64,000 bases of DNA from Treponemataceae bacterium (GTDB lineage: Bacteria > Spirochaetota > Spirochaetia > Treponematales > Rectinemataceae), in the NCBI GenBank assembly GCA_963678065.2, contig CAXXVZ010000005.1:608001-672000 (forward strand), written 5' to 3'. Each line of letters starts with the position of its first letter. Positions within the stretch are counted from its first letter, which is position 1. The notes under the pieces are model-generated. The model was not told the origin of the DNA. It was given only the letters and a program-made list of their open reading frames with translations, and did not search any database. Position numbers and translations under genes: made by a program. Below, piece after piece: positions 34,001 through 43,523 of this stretch.

Positions 34001-36640
34001 ATGTTCTTCGAAAAGGACAGTGTGGCGGGAGGCTTCATACCGGCCGCAGGCCCGGACAATTCCGGGGATCTCGACGGCATTGTCGCGAAGACTCAGGCGG
34101 CGCAGGCACTGTTCGCCTCATTCGGTCAGGACAAGGTCGACGCCATATTCAAGGCCGCTGCCGCCGCCGCGAACCGCGAGAGGATCAGACTCGCAAAGAT
34201 GGCTGTCCTCGAAACGGGTATGGGAGTCGTCGAGGACAAGGTGATCAAAAATCACTTTGCCTCCGAAACAGTGTACAACAAATACCGGGACATGAAGACC
34301 TGCGGCGTAATTTCTCGCGATAGCGTGAACGGCATCATGAAGATCGCCGAGCCGGTCGGCGTCGTGGCTGGCGTCATTCCAACGACGAATCCCACCTCGA
34401 CGGCCATCTTCAAGTGCCTTCTCGCCCTGAAGACACGCAACGGCATCGTACTCTCCCCCCACCCCAGGGCCAGGATGTCCACGGTCGAAGCAGCGCGCGT
34501 CGTTCTCGCCGCCGCAGTGGCCGCCGGAGCTCCGGAAGGTATCATAGGCTGGATCGCCGACCCGAGCGTCGAAGACACGGACAGGCTCATGAAGCATCCG
34601 GGCATCGCCCTGATCCTCGCGACGGGCGGGCCGGGTATGGTCAAGGCGGCCTACAGCTCGGGCAAGCCGGCCCTCGGTGTCGGCGCGGGCAACACGCCCG
34701 CCATCATCGACGAGACCGCCGACATCGAGAGCGCAGTATCTTCCATCATTCTTTCGAAATCATTCGACAACGGCGTCATCTGCGCCTCCGAACAGTCAGT
34801 CATCGTCCACGAGGCGGTCTACGAGGCGGTGAAGGCCGAGTTCGCCCTGCGCGGCGGACACTTCGTGGCTGGCGGCGTGACCGATGGCGGGGACAGGGAG
34901 AAGCTCGGCGCCATCATCCTGAAGAACGGAAGAATCAACGCGGGCATCGTGGGACAGAGCGCGATGAAGATCGCGGCGATGGCGGGCATCAAGGCGCCGG
35001 AAGGTACAAAAGTCCTCATCGCGGAAACGACAGGAGTGGGACCGGCCGAGCCCTTCTCGTACGAGAAGCTCTCTCCCATCCTCGCCATGTACCGCACCGC
35101 GTCCTTCGAGGAGGGCTGCGAGATCGCAGGACGCCTCGTCGACTTCGCGGGGCTCGGACACACGGCGGTCCTCTACACGGCTCCGGAAAACCGGGATCGG
35201 ATCGAAGCCTATGCCTCGCGCGTCAAGACTGCCCGCGTTCTCGTCAACATGCCGAGCTCCCAGGGGGCGATCGGCGACCTCTACAACTTCCGTCTGGAGC
35301 CCTCGCTCACCCTCGGCTGCGGGAGCTGGGGAGGCAACGCAGTCAGCGAGAACGTAGGCCCGCGCCACCTCCTCAACATCAAGACTGTGGCCGACAGGAG
35401 GGACAACATGCTCTGGTTCCGTACGCCGCCGAAGGTCTACTTCAAGCCGGGAGTCCTCGATCCGGCCCTGCGCGAATGGGCGGGCAAGAAGCGTGTCGCC
35501 GTCGTCACCGACCGCTCCCTTTTCGAGCTCGGACTGGCGCGCCGCGTCACGGATGTGCTGGATTCGATGGGCATCGCCTGGGACATCATAAAGGAAGTCG
35601 ACCCCGACCCCACGCTCGACGACGCCCGCTCGGGAGCCGCGCGAATGCTCGCCTTCAGGCCCGACCTCATCGTCGCCGTCGGCGGAGGCTCGGCCATGGA
35701 CGCGGCCAAGATCATGTGGGTGCTCTACGAGTACCCCGGGACCGACTTTGCCGACCTGTCCATGCGCTTCATGGACATACGCAAGCGCGTCTGCCCCTTC
35801 CCCCCTCTCCGGAAGAAGGCGAACCTCGTCTGCGTGCCGACGACATCGGGCACGGGCTCGGAGGTGACACCCTTCGCCGTGATAACCGACGCGGCCACCG
35901 GCACCAAGTATCCCCTCGCCGACTACGAGCTCACGCCCGACATGGCCATCGTCGACTCCGACCTCGCGGTCGGGCAGCCCGCGGGACTCACGGCGGCCTC
36001 GGGCTACGACGTCCTGACCCACGCGGTGGAAGCCCTCGCCTCGACCTGCGCGAGCGAGTACTCCGACGCGATGGCCACGGAGGCTGCACGCCTCGTATTC
36101 GAATACCTGCCACGAGCGGTGCAAAACGGGCGCGACCTCGAGGCGAGAGAGAAGATGCACAACGCCGCGGCCATGGCCGGGATGGCCTTCGCGAACGCAT
36201 TTCTCGGACTCTGCCACTCGATGGCGCACAAACTCGGCTCGGCGCATCACATTCCGCACGGCGTCGCGAACGCCCTCCTTCTGGACCGGATCGTGCGCTA
36301 CAACGCGACGGAGAACCCGACCCGCCAGGCCGCCTTCTCCCAGTACGACCACCCGATGGCTATCGCGCGCTACGCGAGGCTCGCGGAGAGCCTGGGCATC
36401 GGTGGAAGCGACCCGGCCTCCAAGGTCGAGAGACTCATCGGGCGCTTCTGCGAACTCAGAACCGAGGTCGGCATCCCCTCGTCGATACGCGAGTGGGGCG
36501 TCGACGAGAGTGCCTTCCTCGCAGGGCTCGACGAGTTGTCGGAGAAGGCATTCGACGACCAGTGCACGGGCGCCAATCCCCGCTACCCGCTCATCGCGGA
36601 GATCAGGGAGCTCTACCTCGACGCGTACTACGGCCGTTGA
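34001..36640 (+). CDS. adhE: Bifunctional acetaldehyde-CoA/alcohol dehydrogenase
   Basis: EDKVIKNHFASE, PTTNPTST, FDNGVICASEQS, LTLGCGSWGGN linker, PTTSGTGSEVT, CHSMAHKLG and DDQCTGANPR; AAGGAG RBS; TTGACA at 33936. Confidence 0.97.
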   Translation: MFFEKDSVAGGFIPAAGPDNSGDLDGIVAKTQAAQALFASFGQDKVDAIFKAAAAAANRERIRLAKMAVLETGMGVVEDKVIKNHFASETVYNKYRDMKTCGVISRDSVNGIMKIAEPVGVVAGVIPTTNPTSTAIFKCLLALKTRNGIVLSPHPRARMSTVEAARVVLAAAVAAGAPEGIIGWIADPSVEDTDRLMKHPGIALILATGGPGMVKAAYSSGKPALGVGAGNTPAIIDETADIESAVSSIILSKSFDNGVICASEQSVIVHEAVYEAVKAEFALRGGHFVAGGVTDGGDREKLGAIILKNGRINAGIVGQSAMKIAAMAGIKAPEGTKVLIAETTGVGPAEPFSYEKLSPILAMYRTASFEEGCEIAGRLVDFAGLGHTAVLYTAPENRDRIEAYASRVKTARVLVNMPSSQGAIGDLYNFRLEPSLTLGCGSWGGNAVSENVGPRHLLNIKTVADRRDNMLWFRTPPKVYFKPGVLDPALREWAGKKRVAVVTDRSLFELGLARRVTDVLDSMGIAWDIIKEVDPDPTLDDARSGAARMLAFRPDLIVAVGGGSAMDAAKIMWVLYEYPGTDFADLSMRFMDIRKRVCPFPPLRKKANLVCVPTTSGTGSEVTPFAVITDAATGTKYPLADYELTPDMAIVDSDLAVGQPAGLTAASGYDVLTHAVEALASTCASEYSDAMATEAARLVFEYLPRAVQNGRDLEAREKMHNAAAMAGMAFANAFLGLCHSMAHKLGSAHHIPHGVANALLLDRIVRYNATENPTRQAAFSQYDHPMAIARYARLAESLGIGGSDPASKVERLIGRFCELRTEVGIPSSIREWGVDESAFLAGLDELSEKAFDDQCTGANPRYPLIAEIRELYLDAYYGR

Positions 36641-36674
36641 CCGCAGGCTTCTGCGAGGCGTATATCTGTGAGGG

Positions 36675-37628
36675 ATGACTGTACTTCTGTCGATCCTCTC
36701 GGCCGCTCTGTTCGGGGCGGCCGATTTTTTGTGCGGGCTCTCCGCGCGCGGCTTTTCCACGCTCAGGGTGCTTCTGTACTCGCAGATAGTCGGGGGAGTC
36801 CTGGCGATCGCGCTCGCTCCGGTCCTGGGGCCGGGGCTGCCAGCCCTGGCCGATCTCGGCTGGGGAGCTCTCGCGGGACTCGCAGGTCTTTCGGGACTGG
36901 CGTTTCTCTACACAGGGCTCGCGAAAGGAAGGGTCGCCATCGTTTCGCCGCTGTCGGCCCTGGTTTCGGCCCTCATTCCGGCCTTGTACGGCGCGCTGAC
37001 CGGCGAGAGACCAGGCATTTTCGCCCTGGTCGGCGCGGCCCTCTGCATTCCGGCGATCTTGCTTCTCGCATGGGAGAGCGAGGGTGCCGACCGGCCGGTC
37101 AGGCGCTCGGCGGATGATTCGACCGACCAAGCGCCCAGGGACACGAAAACAGGACCGGCGAGCGCGCGCACGAGACTTTCGCTCGCGCTAGGGACGACCG
37201 CGGGCGCTTTCCTCGGGTGCTTCTACATTTTCATATCGAAGTGCGCAAAGGACTCGGGGCTCTGGCCGCTCGCGGGGGCGAGGATGGCGTCGCTCTTTGT
37301 CCTGGCCTGGATTTTCGCGCTGAGGCGCCCCGCGGGGCCGGGGAAAAGACCGAAGCCCGACGACGGGATTCCGAAAACCGGACCTGGCAGGAGGGCGGCG
37401 AGGGTCGCGGCCCTCGCCGGCGGATTTCTGGACATCTCTGCCAATTTCGCCTTCCTGTACGCCTCCCGCACGGGGCTCCTCATGATCGTGTCGGTGGTGA
37501 CCTCGCTGTATCCGGCGCCCACCGTCATCCTCGCGCGGGTTTTCCTCAAGGAAAAACTGCCGCCCCGCAGGATGGCGGGACTCGCGCTGGCGCTCGCGGG
37601 CATCGTCCTCGTCGGCTTGAAGGCATAA
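36675..37628 (+). CDS. DMT/EamA family transporter
   Basis: About 10 TM segments; FGAADF.CG, VSPLSAL and SLYPAPTVILARVFLKE motifs. Confidence 0.85.
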   Translation: MTVLLSILSAALFGAADFLCGLSARGFSTLRVLLYSQIVGGVLAIALAPVLGPGLPALADLGWGALAGLAGLSGLAFLYTGLAKGRVAIVSPLSALVSALIPALYGALTGERPGIFALVGAALCIPAILLLAWESEGADRPVRRSADDSTDQAPRDTKTGPASARTRLSLALGTTAGAFLGCFYIFISKCAKDSGLWPLAGARMASLFVLAWIFALRRPAGPGKRPKPDDGIPKTGPGRRAARVAALAGGFLDISANFAFLYASRTGLLMIVSVVTSLYPAPTVILARVFLKEKLPPRRMAGLALALAGIVLVGLKA

Positions 37629-37731
37629 AGTGACAACACCGGCCGGAGCACCGACAAGGAAGGCCGGGCAGGCCGCCGGAAGCGATGAACGACCTCGCGG
37701 CGGGCCGCGGGGCATTCGACCCGCGTTCGAA

Positions 37732-38073
37732 TCAGGTCTTGGAGACTGGTTCGGGAACCGGCGCTCCATCAGCCGGAGCGCCCGGGGCAGCCGGAATGGC
37801 CAGGACTTTCGTCCGCAGGTCGGCAAGCTCCGTTTCCGCGGCGGCGAGCTGCTTCTCGAGCTCTTTCATCCGCTTCTTTCCCTTTCGCCTCGACATGAGG
37901 TCGAGGGTGTAGCCCGCCGCCGCGCCCAGAAAGAGCGGGAAGACGATGATGATCGCGAGGGAAACCTGCACGCTTCCAAACAGGAGATTGACGACGACCG
38001 GCGACGCGTTCAGCACTGCGAACAGCACAAACACGAGGGCTGTGAACAGCCAGATTATCAAAGTTTTCTGCAT
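37732..38073 (-). CDS. LapA (DUF1049)-family membrane protein
   Basis: LFAVLNASPVVVNLLFG, a second TM segment and a coiled-coil tail. Confidence 0.75.
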   Translation of the reverse strand: MQKTLIIWLFTALVFVLFAVLNASPVVVNLLFGSVQVSLAIIIVFPLFLGAAAGYTLDLMSRRKGKKRMKELEKQLAAAETELADLRTKVLAIPAAPGAPADGAPVPEPVSKT

Positions 38074-38178
38074 CGATTCCCGAAGCTCCTTTTTGCTCTA
38101 TGAGAATGGATCATCATAGCACAAAGCTTCAATCAACTACTTCGCAGCAGGCGGCGGGCTATGAAAACCATTTCCGGA

Positions 38179-39393
38179 TCAGAGGTACTTCTCGAGGCCG
38201 TCCGCCATGAGCTGGTCGAATTTGGGCACGCCCTCCATCATGATGGGCTTATCCGGGCTGTTGGCGTTGTTCGCGTCGAAGACCGCCATGATCGTCGAAG
38301 TGTGGCGCCCCACGCGCGCCTTGAGCGGCCAGCCGTTCTCGTCGTAGGGAACGAAGAGCCGGCCGAGCTTGACCGCCTTCAGGTACTTGTCATCCTTCCC
38401 CTCGATGACGAGCTTCTCGTCTGTCTTGCCGCGAAGCCGGCCCTGGCTCGGGTTCGGCGCCTCGAAGAGCAGCGCGAGCGTGTCGGTCGCGTCGCCGAGC
38501 TCGCGGTGGGTGAGGCCGCGCAGATTGACCGGCGAGGGCTCGAGGCCGATCTTGATGTTCTCGAACTCGAGGTTGAGGACGGCCTCGGAGGCCAGCGGCA
38601 TCGCGCGCTCGTGGGCGACGATGGCGTTGATGACGGGGTACTCGGGCGATGCCTCGTGGAGGTCCATCGTGATGCCGATCTTCTCTTTTTTGATGAGCTC
38701 GGTGATCGCGTAGGCGACCTTCTCGGTGAAGGTGCCGTCGGGCCTGCCGGGGTAGGCCCGGTTCAGGTTGCGCGTCTCGGAGCCCGACAGCCGCTGCCCC
38801 GAGGAGGCGTGGATGTAGATGTCCGGGTCCGGCCACTGGTCCGCGGGGCTTGTCGCCCTGGAGCCGTAGCGGAAGTGCCTGATCCCCGAGGCCGCGTTGA
38901 AGGTGAACGATCGCGGAGAACCTTCCATATAATCCGTGTGCGTGAGCCCCGAGGCGTTGGCGTAGGGGATGACAAAGAGCTTGCCCGCCGTGAGTTTCGC
39001 GTTCTCCACGAGGACGACGGCCGTCATGTAGCCGGCCGGCTCGTTTCCGTGCGTACCGCCGAGCACGAGGGCGCTCCCGCCGGGAACTCCCGAATCCAGA
39101 ATGTAGACCTCCGTGTCACCCCGAGTCCCCGCGATGCCGGGAAAGTAGTCGGAGAGCTTTTTGACCTCCGTGACGCCGGGGCCTTTTCGCACCGTGTCGG
39201 GGATCTCCTGCCTGAGGTAGCCGGGCACGACGATGGCGAAGACCACCGCGACCACGGCCAGGATGACGATCGACTGGATGAGACTCGTCTTTTTCTGCGC
39301 GGGCGTCAGGGCCGCGGATGTCGGCGCGGCGGAAGCAGGATTCTCGGGAGCACAGCCCGTCGCAGGGACTGGTTTCTTTTTCATGCCGGCCAC
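38179..39393 (-). CDS. Membrane-anchored succinylglutamate desuccinylase/aspartoacylase (M14) family deacylase
   Basis: GGTHGNE, NLNR and DLHE Zn-carboxypeptidase motifs; N-terminal TM segment. Start may be 39384. Confidence 0.85.
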   Translation of the reverse strand: MAGMKKKPVPATGCAPENPASAAPTSAALTPAQKKTSLIQSIVILAVVAVVFAIVVPGYLRQEIPDTVRKGPGVTEVKKLSDYFPGIAGTRGDTEVYILDSGVPGGSALVLGGTHGNEPAGYMTAVVLVENAKLTAGKLFVIPYANASGLTHTDYMEGSPRSFTFNAASGIRHFRYGSRATSPADQWPDPDIYIHASSGQRLSGSETRNLNRAYPGRPDGTFTEKVAYAITELIKKEKIGITMDLHEASPEYPVINAIVAHERAMPLASEAVLNLEFENIKIGLEPSPVNLRGLTHRELGDATDTLALLFEAPNPSQGRLRGKTDEKLVIEGKDDKYLKAVKLGRLFVPYDENGWPLKARVGRHTSTIMAVFDANNANSPDKPIMMEGVPKFDQLMADGLEKYL

Positions 39394-39395
39394 CC

Positions 39396-39548
39396 TTACG
39401 CGATCATGAGCGCGCGCAGGACCAGAGGGATGAGAACCAGTCCCGCGTTGATCTTGAGCTTGAGGTTTTTCTGATGGAACAGCTCAACCGTCACGAGGAC
39501 GGCGGCCAGAGCGATCAGAAGTCTGTATATGATGGTGATCATGGTCAT
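39396..39548 (-). CDS. Small 50-aa membrane protein, hidden at the end of a spurious long ORF
   Basis: MTMITIIYRLLIALAAVLVTVELFHQKNLKLKINAGLVLIPLVLRALMIA; ATGA overlap with the permease stop; ends 2 nt before the next gene. Confidence 0.72.
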   Translation of the reverse strand: MTMITIIYRLLIALAAVLVTVELFHQKNLKLKINAGLVLIPLVLRALMIA

Positions 39549-40834
39549 ACTCCCAGGAATTTGGCGATCTGGTTGGGGAAGGCCAGCATGAGGACGCCGA
39601 CGGCGACAGCGAAGAGCGCGGGCACAAGACAGCGCTTCACGATCTCGAAGTAGTTCTTCTCTCCGATAAGCTGGGCCGTGACGACGGGCGTCAGGGCGAC
39701 AGGCGGCATGTAGCTTCCCATGGCCCCGATGAGCGAGAGCGCGGACAGGACGATGATCTGGTTGCCGCCGAGCAGGGCCAGGGCGAAGGGAACGCCGAGG
39801 ACGCTCGCGCCGCCGTAGACGGAAATCCCGCCGAAGAGCGGCATGATGACGGCGATGCCGAGAAGGATGAGGGCCTTGGGCAGGGAAAGGGCTCCGACCA
39901 CGATCGCTCCGCGGAGTCCGGTCAGGGTGAGTATCTCGATGAGCATTCCCACGCCGAAGAGAATGCCGATGACGGGCAGGATCTCGCTCACGGCATCCCG
40001 CGAGGCCTTCACGATATCGATCCTTTTGCCGGTCACGAGGCCGACGAGGGCGCCGATGAAGAAGGTGAGCGGGAGCCTCGGATCGGGGAACCACTTCGGG
40101 AAGGCCTTCGGCCCGATCATGAGCACGAACACGACGATGAGGGGCAGGTAGGAAATCCATCCGCCCTTCCAGCCTTCCGGAGGCCGGATCCTGCGGTTCG
40201 TGCTCACGACCACAGCCAGTTTGGACTTGTCGACCCACTTGGTCGCGAGGAAGAGCGTCGTCGCTATGGCGAGGGGGAATGTGATCAGGATGAGAATGAG
40301 GTCGAAGCCGATGTAGGGTAGATCGATGCCGCCGCCCATGATCATGACGAGGACGTTGACAGGCGGGGCTATCATGCCGTACACGGCCGAGCTCGAGATG
40401 ACGGCGCCGGCCACGGCGAGGGGCAGGCCCATCTGCATGAGGACGGGGGCGACCAGGGCGCCCGTTCCGAGCACCGATGCCGTGCAGGAACCCGTGATCA
40501 TGCCGGGGAACATGATGATGACGGTCAGGGCGACGAGGAGGAGGATGGGCGAGCCGCCCAGGGAGACGATGATACGGCGGGTCAGCTCGCCGAGGAGGCC
40601 GTTTGCCTCGATCACTTTCATGAAAATCATGGCCATGACGAGGACGAGGCCGACGTCGATGTAGCCGAACATGCCTTCGACGAGCTTGTCCACTGGCAAA
40701 CCATTGCCCGCGACCAGGGCGAGGAATATCGACGCGGCGGCGAGGCTCAGGGAGACGGGCATCTTGAGCCACACCACCAAGGCGACGAAGATGGCCACGA
40801 CGGCCGCGAGAAGCATTGCATCTATCGGAGTCAC
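39545..40834 (-). CDS. DctM-like / ion-transporter superfamily permease
   Basis: GTG start at 40834 with GGAGG RBS; about 12 TM segments; MITGSC, GMIAPPVN and YMPPVALT motifs. Confidence 0.78.
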   Translation of the reverse strand: MTPIDAMLLAAVVAIFVALVVWLKMPVSLSLAAASIFLALVAGNGLPVDKLVEGMFGYIDVGLVLVMAMIFMKVIEANGLLGELTRRIIVSLGGSPILLLVALTVIIMFPGMITGSCTASVLGTGALVAPVLMQMGLPLAVAGAVISSSAVYGMIAPPVNVLVMIMGGGIDLPYIGFDLILILITFPLAIATTLFLATKWVDKSKLAVVVSTNRRIRPPEGWKGGWISYLPLIVVFVLMIGPKAFPKWFPDPRLPLTFFIGALVGLVTGKRIDIVKASRDAVSEILPVIGILFGVGMLIEILTLTGLRGAIVVGALSLPKALILLGIAVIMPLFGGISVYGGASVLGVPFALALLGGNQIIVLSALSLIGAMGSYMPPVALTPVVTAQLIGEKNYFEIVKRCLVPALFAVAVGVLMLAFPNQIAKFLGV

Positions 40835-40847
40835 GTCCGGCCTCCGC

Positions 40848-41426
40848 TCATTTAAGGAAGGCTGCGGCCAGGGGTGCGGCCCCGCCGGAAATCTTCTCGA
40901 CCTTGTCGAGGGGTATCTTCCCGCCGCAGAGTTTGTCGAAGAGTCCGTCCTTGTTGCCTTCCGAGACGACGATGACATAGTCGCAGGAGGCCACGGAGGC
41001 CACGATGAACTTGTCGGAGAGCTCGCCGCGGCGGGCCTCGCCGCCCACATGGAGCCCGATGATCTTCATGCCGAGCTTCTTCGCCTCGGCGATTACGGCC
41101 TTGGCCCTGTCGATTTCGGCTTCCGCCGAAATTCCCGCCGCGCCGAGGCCCTTGGAGGACCCACCGATGGCGAGGACGAGGGTCTTGACCCCGGAGGCTT
41201 TGAGCTTGTCGGCCTTGATCTGACCGTCGAGGGTGAACTGAAGTTTGGCGCGGGTCATGAGGACCTTGACCATCTCGACATCGGCGCTCTGTCCGACGGA
41301 GGTGAGGAGGGCGGGCTGGGCCGCGATAGGCGCCTTCAGCGCGGAGGCCGCGGTCTGAGCGAAAGAAGGGACTGCGATGGCAAGGAGTGCAAGGCATGCG
41401 ATGGAGAGGGAAAAGATGCGTTTCAT
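40848..41426 (-). CDS. Exported DUF6305-like protein
   Basis: Signal peptide; LTSVGQSAD, GGSSKGLGAAG, HVGGEARRG and GNKDGLF motifs. Confidence 0.7.
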   Translation of the reverse strand: MKRIFSLSIACLALLAIAVPSFAQTAASALKAPIAAQPALLTSVGQSADVEMVKVLMTRAKLQFTLDGQIKADKLKASGVKTLVLAIGGSSKGLGAAGISAEAEIDRAKAVIAEAKKLGMKIIGLHVGGEARRGELSDKFIVASVASCDYVIVVSEGNKDGLFDKLCGGKIPLDKVEKISGGAAPLAAAFLK

Positions 41427-41536
41427 GTTCTGTTTCCTGGGGCCGCCGGAACGGCCGGTAATGAATTGATCGAGGGACCTGAAGCGACCGGCAGCACACC
41501 TGCGCTGCCGGCCGCTTCGTCATTGGCAGAAAAAAA

Positions 41537-43258
41537 TCAATACGCGACGGCCTGTCCATCGCGGCGGGGATCGCCGCCGCCGTAGAGGATGCCCTTGTCG
41601 TAGTCGTACATACAGCCTTGGGTTACACCCTGCGAGGGATAGTAGTAGTCCTGGATCTGCACCTTGTGCCCCATCGCGATGAGGCCATTGATGGCCAGGA
41701 CGGGGATGCGTCCCTCGACGCCGTAGTCGGTGGTATTCGTTCTGTAAACGCGCGGAGAGCTTATCGCGTCCTGGATCAACATGCCGTGGTCGATCACACA
41801 GGATATTACCTGGGCGACGCCTGTGATGATGCGGGTTGCGCCCGCGGCGCCGACGGTCATGAAGGAGCGGCCCTGGGGGTCGAGAACGAGGGTCGGGCTC
41901 ATGGAGGAGAGGGGGCGCTTGCCGGGTTCGACGGAGTTGATCGAACCGGGCTTCGAAACGAAATCGTCCATGTGGTTGTTCATGATGATGCCGGTGCCGG
42001 GGATGATTACTCCGGAGCCGAAGTGGTAGTTGACGGACTTCGTGCAGGCCACCATGTTGCCATCCTTGTCCATCACGGAGAAGGAGGTCGTGTTGCCCGA
42101 CTCGTACTTCCAGGGATCGCCGGGGCCGACGGGCAGGGGAAGGATCTTGTCGAGCGAAATCTGGGAAGCGAGTTCCTTGGCGTAGGCCTTGGAGGTCAGA
42201 CCGGTGATGGGAACCTTCACGAAGCCTGTGTCGGCCATGTACTTGGAGCGATCCGCGTAGACGAACTTCATCGCCTCGCCCCAGAGGTGGAGGGACTTCG
42301 TCGTGTTCAGGCCGAGAGACTTCATGTCCCAGTTTTCGAGGATGTTGAGGAGCTCGATGATGTGGGTACCGCCGGAGGAGGCGGGGGGCGTGGAGAAGAT
42401 CGTGTAGCCGCGATAGGTTCCGACAGCGGGCGTGCGGGCTTCGGGCTTGTAGTTCTTGAGATCCTCCACGGTGATGATGCCGCCCTGGGCCTGGACTTCG
42501 GCGGCTATCTTCTTCGCTATGTCGCCCTCGTATATGGCTTTGGCTCCATCTTTGGCGATAGCTTTGAGTGTGGCCTGGAGATCCGGGTTCTGGATCGTGT
42601 CGCCCACCTCATAGGGAAGGCCGTCTTTCAGATAAATCTTGGCGGCCGCCGGGAACAGCATGATCTTGTCGAAATTATCCTTGATCATCCCGTTCAGATT
42701 GGTGGTGACCGGCACCTTCATCGTCCAGTCGATCGCGGGCTGGATTATCTGAGCGCGGGTAAGTTTGCCGGAACCGTAGTGCTCAAAGGCATAGAGAAGA
42801 CCGGCGACATCCCCGGGCACGCCCGACGCGAGGCCGCCGACCTGGCTGGCCGCGAAGGGGAAGGGCTTGCCGTCCGGGCCGACAGCGCCGAGCATCTTGC
42901 CTTTTGCGTCGAACTTGTACATGTCGGGTTTCGAAGCCGCGGGGGCTATCTCGCGGAAGTCGATGACAATGGCTTCCTTCATGTCGGCGAGCTTGATGGT
43001 CATGAAACCGCCGCCGCCAATACCGTTGGCGTTGGGCTCGAGAACTCCCTGCGCGAAACCGACAGCGACCGCGGCGTCGACGGCGTTTCCGCCCGCCTTC
43101 AGGATATCGATGCCCACCTGGGCAGAGTCGGGCTTGGCCGTGGCAACGACGCCGTTGGTGCCCTGAGCTCCGCGGCCGTAGAGATTGAACGGGACCTGTG
43201 CGGAAACAAGTCCGATCCCCGCTACGAACAATACCGCGAGGGCGAGAATTCGTTTCAT
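41537..43258 (-). CDS. ggt: Gamma-glutamyltransferase (divergent paralog), exported
   Basis: GGNAVDAAVA, GIGGGGF, DFRE, ESGNTTSFSV, PGKRPLSSMSP and DPRRDG motifs. Confidence 0.93.
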   Translation of the reverse strand: MKRILALAVLFVAGIGLVSAQVPFNLYGRGAQGTNGVVATAKPDSAQVGIDILKAGGNAVDAAVAVGFAQGVLEPNANGIGGGGFMTIKLADMKEAIVIDFREIAPAASKPDMYKFDAKGKMLGAVGPDGKPFPFAASQVGGLASGVPGDVAGLLYAFEHYGSGKLTRAQIIQPAIDWTMKVPVTTNLNGMIKDNFDKIMLFPAAAKIYLKDGLPYEVGDTIQNPDLQATLKAIAKDGAKAIYEGDIAKKIAAEVQAQGGIITVEDLKNYKPEARTPAVGTYRGYTIFSTPPASSGGTHIIELLNILENWDMKSLGLNTTKSLHLWGEAMKFVYADRSKYMADTGFVKVPITGLTSKAYAKELASQISLDKILPLPVGPGDPWKYESGNTTSFSVMDKDGNMVACTKSVNYHFGSGVIIPGTGIIMNNHMDDFVSKPGSINSVEPGKRPLSSMSPTLVLDPQGRSFMTVGAAGATRIITGVAQVISCVIDHGMLIQDAISSPRVYRTNTTDYGVEGRIPVLAINGLIAMGHKVQIQDYYYPSQGVTQGCMYDYDKGILYGGGDPRRDGQAVAY

Positions 43259-43523
43259 GAGTTCCTCCATTTCATACAAGATTTTGAATATTTTGAAACA
43301 ATATGCGAGATAAGTCAAGCTTAATGCATCAAATAATAAATATATTATAGTAATATTTTTATACAACCACATCGTTCGCATGGACGTATTCATGGCTGCC
43401 CGGGCGCCCACAGGGCGAGCCCTGAAGGCGCGTCCGCAGGGCGCTACGGTCAGTCAAGTCTGGAAGCGGGATCTGCCGCCCCGCGCGATCCGGCAAACCG
43501 GAACGCGCAGGACAGCGTGCAAG

